DNA from: Candidatus Nanopusillus sp.
GTDB lineage: Archaea > Nanobdellota > Nanobdellia > Nanobdellales > Nanobdellaceae
Length of the DNA: 32,000 nucleotides
Assembly: GCA_028275885.1 (NCBI GenBank)
Contig: JAPWTW010000002.1
Span: 1-32,000 of the forward strand
Direction: 5' to 3'
Shown here: piece by piece, positions 1-7,923 of the stretch
How the letters are laid out: every line of letters begins with the position of its first letter
How positions within the stretch are numbered: the stretch's first letter is position 1
Notes under the pieces: model-generated
The model's database searches: none
Told to the model about the DNA's origin: nothing
Seen by the model: the letters and a program-made list of their open reading frames with translations, nothing else
Translations under genes and position numbers: made by a program

Positions 1-364
<364 letters not shown>

Positions 365-430
365 GGCGGATTTCCGCCGCGGGCTTTAGCCCGAAAAGTA
401 CGGCCGCAGATTCCGCTGCAATTATCCCCT
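365..430 (-). other. pre-16S rRNA 5' leader (GC-rich helices, probable processing-stem half)
   Basis: GC-rich sequence is contiguous with the 16S 5' end. It contains local hairpins (GGCGGA-TT-TCCGCC; CGGGCT-TT-AGCCCG). GC content drops abruptly beyond ~430. Confidence 0.6.
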
Positions 431-452
431 TTCAGATATACTCTACATATGT

Positions 453-487
453 GCCATGTACATCATATGGCATATGATGTACATGGC
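453..487. repeat. perfect 17-bp inverted repeat around a single central base
   Basis: GCCATGTACATCATATG-G-CATATGATGTACATGGC; the arms are exact reverse complements. It lies between TATA-like A/T boxes (488-540) and the GC-rich rRNA leader. Confidence 0.9.
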
Positions 488-530
488 TATATTAACACAA
501 TATATTATAATATTTTAAAAATCTTAATAT

Positions 531-647
531 TTATAAAGCTCTCATTCTAGCTATTTTTCTCAGTCTTTTTTCTTCTCTAATTCTCCTTCTCTGCCATTTC
601 CATCTTGATCTTAGGTATTTTTTCCATCTTCTTGAGCTTCTTCTCAT
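531..647 (-). CDS. rpl41e: ribosomal protein eL41 (L41e), 38 aa; below the ORF-track size cutoff
   Basis: My own translation is MRRSSRRWKKYLRSRWKWQRRRIREEKRLRKIARMRAL*. It is extremely Arg/Lys-rich, with the RRWKK..R.RWKW..RR.R..KR.RK pattern I recall for archaeal L41e. ATG at 647-645, TAA at 533-531. Confidence 0.7.
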   Translation of the reverse strand: MRRSSRRWKKYLRSRWKWQRRRIREEKRLRKIARMRAL

Positions 648-680
648 TTAAATATAATAGGTGATGATAATATTTTTAAA

Positions 681-1661
681 TTATGGTAGAGCAGTTATAC
701 TATTTATAAATCCAATAGCAATACCTAAAGAAATTAACAAAATTCCAACCCATTTCGATATTCTTGCTTTATATGAAGCTATGTATAAAATCATGATAGA
801 AATTAATAAAACTAAAAATGATGAAATAATTGGTATAACATCTTCATTAGAGAATTTTATTGGATAAACTATTCCAAGAATTCCAGTAAATATTGTAAAA
901 CTTGCAATTGCTTCTCCTGAGATTGATGCCATACTAATATTAAGATCTTTATTTTTAAACCAGGCAAAATGACCATATAATATATCTGGTAATGTGAATA
1001 AAATCAAAGCTATAGCGTAACCAATCAATGGTATGGATAAATCTAATTGTTGTAAGGTGTTTGAAACATTATTTAAAATACTTCCACCAACGTATATTAT
1101 TGATATTGCTAGAGCAATTTCTAATGAGAAAACTATCACTTTAAAATATTCATAAAATGAACCTTTTGTTATATATGTAGTATTTTCACCCTTTTTCCAA
1201 TACCTATAAAATAAAAATATTGAAATTATAATAAATATAGCGTATAAAATAGATCCAGAAAGAAAATTTATTTCTTTAAACATTAATACAAAAACATGTG
1301 CTATTATTGAAATCATAATTAAGAAAAGTACATTACTGTCAAGCATTCCCTTTCTAAAATTGAATGTTAATATAAACGCACCTAGGGCAATCGTATAATC
1401 TAATACCACATTATATAATAAAAAATAATACCCCAACTTTGAATTTTCGGATAATGTTAATGATAAGGCTGGTAAAAATGATTGCAAAGCAGAAGCCATT
1501 CCTGCTGTATATATTAATAAATAATGTTTTGGCAACGCAGAATAGTATTTTGAATATATATCAACGTATTTTAATATAATATTTTCGGATAAATATATTA
1601 AAAAAGCATATATAAGTAAAGGTATGAGTACTGATATAATAATTGTTGAGTAATTTATCAT
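681..1661 (-). CDS. polytopic membrane protein, divergent CaCA (Na+/Ca2+ exchanger, YrbG/NCX_Mj-like) family candidate
   Basis: 326 aa with about 10 TM segments and a two-halves architecture. Alpha-repeat-like segments are ALQSFLPAL and LDLSIPLIGYAIALILFTLPDIL (compare GTSLPE). The C-terminal RISKWVGILLISL resembles KIGRWQGILFLAL of NCX_Mj, from memory. Confidence 0.45.
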   Translation of the reverse strand: MINYSTIIISVLIPLLIYAFLIYLSENIILKYVDIYSKYYSALPKHYLLIYTAGMASALQSFLPALSLTLSENSKLGYYFLLYNVVLDYTIALGAFILTFNFRKGMLDSNVLFLIMISIIAHVFVLMFKEINFLSGSILYAIFIIISIFLFYRYWKKGENTTYITKGSFYEYFKVIVFSLEIALAISIIYVGGSILNNVSNTLQQLDLSIPLIGYAIALILFTLPDILYGHFAWFKNKDLNISMASISGEAIASFTIFTGILGIVYPIKFSNEDVIPIISSFLVLLISIMILYIASYKARISKWVGILLISLGIAIGFINSITALP

Positions 1662-1700
1662 AGAAGATTAATAACTATCAAGATTTAATAATCTTCTATG
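1659..1700. promoter_or_regulatory. palindromic bidirectional promoter/initiation region shared by divergent genes
   Basis: CATAGAAGATTA (1659-1670) is the exact reverse complement of TAATCTTCTATG (1689-1700), and both arms include the start codons. The A/T boxes TTAATAAC and TTTAATAA each sit ~26 bp upstream of the opposite start. Confidence 0.5.
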
Positions 1701-2213
1701 GACGATTGTGTATATTGTAAAATTGCAAACAAAACAGTACCATCTTATATTTTGTATGAAGATAATGATATAATATGCGTATTAGATATTTTGCCACCAT
1801 CAAAAGGGTCTTTTCTAATATTTCCAAAATTACATATAGAAGATTATACAAGTTTGGGAGATGAAATAAATCAAAAAATGTTTACAATTTCAAAATATAT
1901 ATCGATAATATTAAAAAATAAATTGAAATTTGAAGGATTGAATATTTTATTATCTTCTGGAGAAACTGGCCAAAAATATAAACATATTATTATTCAAGTT
2001 ATACCAAGATTTAAGGATGATAATATTAAGATATATTTCAATAGGTTTAAAGAAGATCCATCTTTTTTAGAAGAATTAAAGAATTATATAACTACAGAAT
2101 TAATAAAAATGAGTCAGCAATATTTAAATTCTGAAAAAAGGGAAGAAAAGAAAGAAAATAAAAAAGAAATAGATTATAAATTATTAAATCAATGGTTTGA
2201 AAAAAGAATATAA
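1698..2213 (+). CDS. HIT-family-like protein with degenerate histidine triad and Lys/Glu-rich C-terminal tail
   Basis: N-terminal CVYCKI...P..ILYEDNDIICVLDILPPSKGSFLIFPKLH matches the HIT fold signature. The triad position reads KHIIIQVIPR instead of H-x-H-x-H-x-IPR. Confidence 0.7.
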   Translation: MDDCVYCKIANKTVPSYILYEDNDIICVLDILPPSKGSFLIFPKLHIEDYTSLGDEINQKMFTISKYISIILKNKLKFEGLNILLSSGETGQKYKHIIIQVIPRFKDDNIKIYFNRFKEDPSFLEELKNYITTELIKMSQQYLNSEKREEKKENKKEIDYKLLNQWFEKRI

Positions 2214-2236
2214 ATAAATATTTAAAAAATTATTTT

Positions 2237-3967
2237 ATGGCAGATCTTAAGGATGATATATTGAATAGCGAATATAGAGATAGAGTAATTGGAATAATGG
2301 AATTTAAAGAAAAGAATGAGAATATAATTAATTTATTAAAGGAATTAATTTATTATAGTTCAATAATGGTAAGTGAAGATTTATTTGAAAAATATAAAAG
2401 AGAAATAGAGGTTTATAAGCATTGGATAATAATTTTATCAGACTTTGATTTAAGTCCAGAAGAAAAAATAAAATTAAAAGTATCATTTTTAGAGAAATAT
2501 TTACAGAAAATAAAAAATGAAAAGTTAGATATATGGTTACATGTTTTATTGATTGAGGATATAAAAAATATTGCAATGGACTCAAGATTTGAATTATTAG
2601 ATTTATTATCAATTGGTAATATAATATACGATAAAGGAATATTTGAGATATTTAGGTTAATAAGTGTTCATAAAAAATTAATAATTGATATATTACAAAG
2701 ATATGTCGTTGCATATGTTTTAGCAGGTTCTCAAGTAAAAGGAAGAAATGTTGAATCTTCTGATGTAGATATATATGTTGTAATTGATGATACTGATGTT
2801 AAACAACATACATTTGAGGAATTAAAAATAAAATTAATGGATTTAATAATAAATAAAGCAATGGAAGCAAAAATATTGGTTAATTCTAATAAAGAATTAC
2901 ATCCACAAGTTTATACTTTAACAGAATTTTGGTTAGCAATGTCTGAATCAAATCCAGTAATAATTACATTCTTAAGGGATGGAATACCATTATATGATAG
3001 AGGAATGTTTATTGCATGGAAACAATTATTATTAAAAGGAATTTTAAAACCATCACAAGAAGCTGCTAATAAATATATAACTGCTGCAGAAAATGCATTA
3101 AAAGAAGCTAGAAATAAATTGAAAAATATGATAAATAATTTAATAGTTGAGGATTTAGCGGTTGCAATGATTACTTCTGCTCAGGCAGTAATAATGGATT
3201 ATGGTTTATTGCCCGGGGACCCAAAAGAAACTCCTGAGATGTTAAAAAAATTATTTGTAGATAAGGGAATATTGAATATTGAATATGTAAATATATTATC
3301 AGAGGTGTGGAAAATGAGAAAAGATTTTGAACATGGTAAGGTAAGTGAATATAAATATGAAGATTTAATGAATGTATTTGAAAAAGCTGAGAAATTTATA
3401 TCTGAAATGAAAAATATAAAACAAATTATTGATAAAGAAAATGAAAAGAAGATGATAGATAATTATATATTAATTTATGAAGAATTAAAAACAAAATTCC
3501 AGGATTTATTCAATATTGAGTATAATAATTATGTAAAAGAAAAAATGCCAATAGAATATAATGGATTGGAAAATTTGGAAAATGATATTAAAAATTATAA
3601 GGAAAAAAAGTATGATATAATTGAATTGGAAAAATTAAAAGAATCTTTATTATATCATATTAGAAATATAAGAAATTTAATTGAAAATAAGAAGGAAGAA
3701 TTGTTATTGAGATTTAAGTATTCTATAATTGATAAAGAAAAAAATAAAAATTATGATCTATATTTGTCAAAATCAAAATTATATATAGTAACGGAAAATG
3801 GAATTGAAATATATGATTATAGTGGGAATAAGATTGGTACATTTAATGATCTAAAATATAGAGAAGAAATGATTAAAGATATTAGTAAAGATGGTTTAAA
3901 TTATTTAGATAATAATGTTATTGGTGTGCTAAATAAAATATTTAAAGATTATTATATATCAAAATAG
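2237..3967 (+). CDS. fused minimal nucleotidyltransferase (Pol-beta superfamily) + HEPN-like domain protein with long N- and C-terminal extensions
   Basis: The NTase motif is LAGSQVKGRNVESSDVDIYVVIDD (GS...DxD). A downstream helical domain carries the R-x4-H motif (MRKDFEHG). 576 aa with a coiled-coil-like K/E/N-rich C-terminal third. Confidence 0.65.
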   Translation: MADLKDDILNSEYRDRVIGIMEFKEKNENIINLLKELIYYSSIMVSEDLFEKYKREIEVYKHWIIILSDFDLSPEEKIKLKVSFLEKYLQKIKNEKLDIWLHVLLIEDIKNIAMDSRFELLDLLSIGNIIYDKGIFEIFRLISVHKKLIIDILQRYVVAYVLAGSQVKGRNVESSDVDIYVVIDDTDVKQHTFEELKIKLMDLIINKAMEAKILVNSNKELHPQVYTLTEFWLAMSESNPVIITFLRDGIPLYDRGMFIAWKQLLLKGILKPSQEAANKYITAAENALKEARNKLKNMINNLIVEDLAVAMITSAQAVIMDYGLLPGDPKETPEMLKKLFVDKGILNIEYVNILSEVWKMRKDFEHGKVSEYKYEDLMNVFEKAEKFISEMKNIKQIIDKENEKKMIDNYILIYEELKTKFQDLFNIEYNNYVKEKMPIEYNGLENLENDIKNYKEKKYDIIELEKLKESLLYHIRNIRNLIENKKEELLLRFKYSIIDKEKNKNYDLYLSKSKLYIVTENGIEIYDYSGNKIGTFNDLKYREEMIKDISKDGLNYLDNNVIGVLNKIFKDYYISK

Positions 3968-3969
3968 AG

Positions 3970-4314
3970 ATGAAAGGAATAATATTAAATTATAGGATGA
4001 GTAGGCATCATATATATCCAAATCAAGTAATAGTAAAATTTGAAAATATAAATGATAAATATAAGGCAAGTAAATATATTGGAAAGCATGTAATTTGGGT
4101 AAGTCCTGGAAAGAAAATTTTTATTGGAAAGATTGTTGATGTACATGGAAATAAAGGTAATTTAAGGGTTAGGTTTAATAAAGGACTACCTGGACAAGCT
4201 TTAGGAGATATTGTTTTATTAATCGATAATATAGATAAAGTAAGGGAAATAAAGGAAAAAATAAAAAATGCAAAAGATATAAATCAAATAAAGAGTATTT
4301 TAATTAATGCTTAA
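3970..4314 (+). CDS. rpl35ae: ribosomal protein eL33 (L35Ae)
   Basis: The 114-aa protein contains IGKHVIWVSPGKKIFIGKIVDVHGNKGNLRVRFNKGLPGQALGD, the characteristic L35Ae core (HG..G.vR.rF...lPg.a.G). Confidence 0.88.
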   Translation: MKGIILNYRMSRHHIYPNQVIVKFENINDKYKASKYIGKHVIWVSPGKKIFIGKIVDVHGNKGNLRVRFNKGLPGQALGDIVLLIDNIDKVREIKEKIKNAKDINQIKSILINA

Positions 4315-4969
4315 ATTTACTGGAACTGAGGGTTTAATATTTTTTAATAAAATTTTAGTTATTTCTGATTTACATATAGGGATTGAAAGAGAATTGTATA
4401 AGAAAGGAATAAATATTCCTTCTCAAGTAAATTATTATATAAATAAAATAAGGAAAATTTATGAAAAATATAAAATAAAGTACTTAATTATTAATGGAGA
4501 TTTAAAACATAATATACCTGAAACAAGTTTACAAGAAATGTCAGATATCCTATATTTTATAAATGAAATTTCACAATATTTCAAGAAAATATATATAATA
4601 AAGGGAAATCACGATGGTGATATTGAGGAATTGGTTTATGGGATAAATAATGTTAAAATTTTGAAGGCATTGAAGATAAAAAATGCTGTATTTACTCATG
4701 GGCATTTAAATACAAAATTAAAGGGAAAATATTATGTTATTGGACATCATCATTTTGCAAAAAGTATTTCTACAAGTATTGGAGAAAGTATATATGAAAA
4801 AGTTTTTGTAATTGGATATAAAGATAATAGAGTAATTATAATTTTACCTGCATTTTCTGATTTAGTAGGATTATGGGATGTTGGAGAATTTCAAGGTCCA
4901 ATTACAAAAGGAATAGAAAAATATGAAGTATATACTTTGGATGGAATTTTAATTGAAGAAAATAGTTAA
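4307..4969 (+). CDS. calcineurin-like metallophosphoesterase, SbcD/Mre11-related (MPE/PdeM-like)
   Basis: Motifs appear in order: ISDLHIG (DxH), INGDLKHN (GD), IKGNHDG (GNHD), FTHGH, IGHHH. It overlaps the rpl35ae stop by 8 nt. Confidence 0.8.
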   Translation: MLKFTGTEGLIFFNKILVISDLHIGIERELYKKGINIPSQVNYYINKIRKIYEKYKIKYLIINGDLKHNIPETSLQEMSDILYFINEISQYFKKIYIIKGNHDGDIEELVYGINNVKILKALKIKNAVFTHGHLNTKLKGKYYVIGHHHFAKSISTSIGESIYEKVFVIGYKDNRVIIILPAFSDLVGLWDVGEFQGPITKGIEKYEVYTLDGILIEENS

Positions 4970-5097
4970 AAATAAATCTTAAAACTTTGTACTCTACTAA
5001 ATATTTATATAGCATATTTATTAACTTTCTTTTTTGCTAATTTATTTGGCTAATTTATCATGATTTATAAAATGATAATTAAATACTATACATATCT

Positions 5098-6246
5098 ATG
5101 GAATATAATTTAAATAAGAAAATAGAGGAATTATTCTTTAAAAGATTCAAAGATTTCTATCCAATTCAAAAAATAGCAATTCCAGAAATATTAAATGGAA
5201 ATAATACTTTAATTGTCGCCCCTACAGGATCTGGAAAAACAGAAGCTGCAATATTACCTGTATTTTCAAAAATATTGGAATTAAAGGAAAAAGGTATTGA
5301 AAATCAATTATTGGGAATTTATATATCTCCACTAAGGGCATTAAATAGAGATTTGTTGGATAGAATAAAATGGTGGTGTGATAATTTGGGTATATCTGTT
5401 GCGGTAAGACATGGAGATACAGAAGAAAGAGAAAGGGTAAGATTATCTAAAAAACCTGTAGAATTTTTAATAACAACTCCAGAAACTTTTCAAATATTAT
5501 TTTTAGGAAAAAGATTAAGAGAGCAATTAAAAACAGTGAAATATGTAATTATAGATGAATTACATGAATTATTAAATGAAAAAAGAGGAATACAATTATC
5601 TTTAGGTTTAGAAAGATTGGTAAATTATGCCGGAGAATTTCAGAGGATTGCATTATCTGCAACAATAGGAGATCTAGATGAGGCTGCAAAATTTATTTTT
5701 GGATATAGGAATTATAAAATTGCATATTGGTATGCAGAGAAAAAATATTATATAGAAGTATATTATCCGGAAATTAGTGAAGAAGATTTAGAATTGGCAA
5801 GAAAATATAATTGGAATCCAAAAATAGCCTGGAGTTTAAGAAAGATAAAAGAAATATTAGATAAACATAGGTCTGTAATAATATTTGTGAATACAAGAGA
5901 AATGGCAGAGTTACTATCTTCAAGATTTAAGGTTTGGTTACCTGAATATAAGATTGAAGTACATCATAGTTCTTTATCGAGGGAAGTAAGAGAAAGAAAT
6001 GAAAGATTATTTAAGGAAGGAAAAATTAAGGCAATTATCGCAACATCCTCTTTAGAACTTGGCATAGATATCGGATATGTTGATGCTGTTATTCAATATA
6101 ATTCACCTAGACAAGTTACAAGGTTAATACAAAGGATTGGAAGGGCCGGTCATAAATTACATGAAGTATCTATTGGATATATAATTACAACAGATATAGA
6201 TGATTATGCTGAAAGTTTGGCTATTAAAAAATTTGTTTTAGAATGA
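5098..6246 (+). CDS. Lhr-type (large helicase-related) SF2 DEXH helicase, RecA1+RecA2 core only
   Basis: Motifs seen: FYPIQ (Q motif), APTGSGKTEAA (Walker A), IIDELHEL (DExH), LSATIG, HHSSLSREVRERNERLFKEGKIKAIIATSSLELGIDIG, QRIGRAGH (motif VI). The ORF stops ~30 aa after motif VI, with no winged-helix or domain-4 region. Confidence 0.85.
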   Translation: MEYNLNKKIEELFFKRFKDFYPIQKIAIPEILNGNNTLIVAPTGSGKTEAAILPVFSKILELKEKGIENQLLGIYISPLRALNRDLLDRIKWWCDNLGISVAVRHGDTEERERVRLSKKPVEFLITTPETFQILFLGKRLREQLKTVKYVIIDELHELLNEKRGIQLSLGLERLVNYAGEFQRIALSATIGDLDEAAKFIFGYRNYKIAYWYAEKKYYIEVYYPEISEEDLELARKYNWNPKIAWSLRKIKEILDKHRSVIIFVNTREMAELLSSRFKVWLPEYKIEVHHSSLSREVRERNERLFKEGKIKAIIATSSLELGIDIGYVDAVIQYNSPRQVTRLIQRIGRAGHKLHEVSIGYIITTDIDDYAESLAIKKFVLE

Positions 6247-6285
6247 AATTAAAAAATTTTTACTAAGGTGTTCGCTTTCCCTTCA

Positions 6286-7347
6286 TCATCTTTTTCCTCC
6301 TTTCACTTTTCTTTTTCCTAATATGTTCTTTATTAATTGTTCTTTTGGTAAGATTTTAGATGAATATTCAAGCCAAACTTTTCTTTTTATTAAATCTATT
6401 TCTTGTTCTTTTCTATTTAAAAAATTTAGCATATCCGATTTTATTGGTTCACTGTAATATTGATTTATATGCTTTTTCCAATCATCGATATAAGCCTTGA
6501 ATTTATCACATTGATAGAAAAAAGTTTTAATAGCAGTGTACAATATTTCTATTTTATTTTTATCATTTTCTATTAATTCTTGTTTATTTATACATATTAA
6601 TAATTTATTTAATTTATTAATCTTACTTATGATGTCATATTCAGCCTTTTCAAGATCCTTAATTATCTTATCAACTCCTTCCTTAATTCCTCTGATATCT
6701 TGTGGTGTTTTTAGTTTATAATAAAGGTATTTTAAGTCTTCTGTTAATTTTCTAAAGTATTTCGAACTTGTAACTTCTCTATGAATCTTAATGCTAAGAA
6801 TAACCATAATGATAAAAAGTACAAATAAAAAAATAAAGAAGCTTATTGAAAATAAAAATTCTATATTATTGGTTAATATAAAAATTATAATAAAAATAGT
6901 AATAATAAAACCTATAATACTCCCAGTAATACCATGAAATATTTTATGAATTCCAATAATTAATAAGATAAATCCAAAAACAAGAGCAATTATTGTTAAT
7001 ACACTACGTAAATATAGTGTTGTAAGACCAGCAATAATTAAGAAAATAATAAGTAAAGGCCTATTAATCTCCTTTCTATTTTCCCATGCTAAATAAGTAA
7101 GTACTCCAAAAATAAATAGAAAAGGAATTGCATAGTTAAAAAAGAACCATCCAAATGTATTTATATTTTGTTTTATTATCTCTGCAAATGATGTAATATC
7201 TATAGAAGAAGGTAAAAGATTAGATAATTCTTGGCTAGTTTGAGAAATAACCCGGCTTAGATCTCCTGGGGCTTGAGCATAAACATTTATACTTCCTAAT
7301 AGTATTAGAGTTAATATATATCTAATATAATTATTAATTTTCGTCAT
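6286..7347 (-). CDS. membrane protein: signal/anchor + PFLL-motif multi-TM domain + cytoplasmic coiled-coil tail
   Basis: It has an N-terminal hydrophobic leader. The motif FGWFFFNYAIPFLFIFGVLTY is shared with the three tandem paralogs at 10430-12265. Several TM segments follow, then a K/E-rich helical C-terminal ~150 aa. Confidence 0.6.
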   Translation of the reverse strand: MTKINNYIRYILTLILLGSINVYAQAPGDLSRVISQTSQELSNLLPSSIDITSFAEIIKQNINTFGWFFFNYAIPFLFIFGVLTYLAWENRKEINRPLLIIFLIIAGLTTLYLRSVLTIIALVFGFILLIIGIHKIFHGITGSIIGFIITIFIIIFILTNNIEFLFSISFFIFLFVLFIIMVILSIKIHREVTSSKYFRKLTEDLKYLYYKLKTPQDIRGIKEGVDKIIKDLEKAEYDIISKINKLNKLLICINKQELIENDKNKIEILYTAIKTFFYQCDKFKAYIDDWKKHINQYYSEPIKSDMLNFLNRKEQEIDLIKRKVWLEYSSKILPKEQLIKNILGKRKVKGGKR

Positions 7348-7657
7348 TTTCGTTTATAGTATTTTGGAATTTATAAGGTTGTTTCTTTCAAATAGTAAAT
7401 ATATCCATAACGATAATTTATGAGAACTTAACCTAAAAAAATATTATAATTTATATTTTTCAGCATTTTATTGTTTTTATTATATAAAAATTACTGAAGT
7501 ATTTCAAAAATTAAATTGATAATATTTATATTCTAAAAATTTTTTAAAGTATACTTTTCTCTGTTAATTATCTAGAAGCGCAAATTTATCTAATGCAAAA
7601 AATATAGTATTATTTCTAAAACATCACTTATAAATTACAAATTACTACTAAAATAAA

Positions 7658-7825
7658 ATGATCTATAAATTTGTTGAAAATTTGATTAAAGCAGTAGAGA
7701 AGAGCTTAGATAATGTAAGAAGAATAGAACTTGCTTTAACTAAGAAAGGTTTAGTTGGAGATCATGAAATATTTAGAGAAATTAAAGAAGTTAGGAAAGA
7801 TCATCCGATTGAGAATAAATGTTAA
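7658..7825 (+). CDS. hypothetical small protein (55 aa), below ORF-track cutoff
   Basis: An ATG..TAA ORF encodes MIYKFVENLIKAVEKSLDNVRRIELALTKKGLVGDHEIFREIKEVRKDHPIENKC. It is non-low-complexity and helical-looking. CTTATAAATTA lies 20-30 nt upstream of the ATG, as for other (leaderless-type) genes here. Confidence 0.3.
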   Translation: MIYKFVENLIKAVEKSLDNVRRIELALTKKGLVGDHEIFREIKEVRKDHPIENKC

Positions 7826-7923
7826 TAAAGTTTAATATAAAAGTTAAAATAGTTAGATATTTATAAGTTCTTCTCATATGGTTTAAAAATATTTTATACT
7901 TTATAAATGTTACTATAAAAATA

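Noticed and set aside
661-867. 68-aa plus-strand ORF overlapping the 3' end of the CaCA-like gene
   Set aside because: It overlaps a much longer, coherent membrane-protein ORF on the opposite strand and has no recognisable features. The GTGATGA at its start also lacks any downstream CUGA, so it is not a C/D sRNA either.
5035-5059. Direct repeat GCTAATTTAT-TTG-GCTAATTTAT upstream of the helicase gene
   Set aside because: It is short, AT-rich and a single occurrence. It could be chance within a promoter region, and there is not enough evidence to call a regulatory site.
6247-6300. C-box-like AGATGATGA followed by a GC-richer patch on the minus strand, in the convergent spacer after the helicase gene
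   Set aside because: There is no CUGA at 10-13 nt and no C'/D pair downstream. The ATGATGA lies within the 3' end of the 353-aa ORF and its stop codon.
7661-7677. Exact 17-nt repeat ATCTATAAATTTGTTGA, also present at 18271-18287
   Set aside because: In ~25% GC sequence my rough estimate of the number of chance 17-mer matches in 32 kb (both strands) is of order one. The contexts differ (coding start versus intergenic), so it is not convincing as a functional motif.
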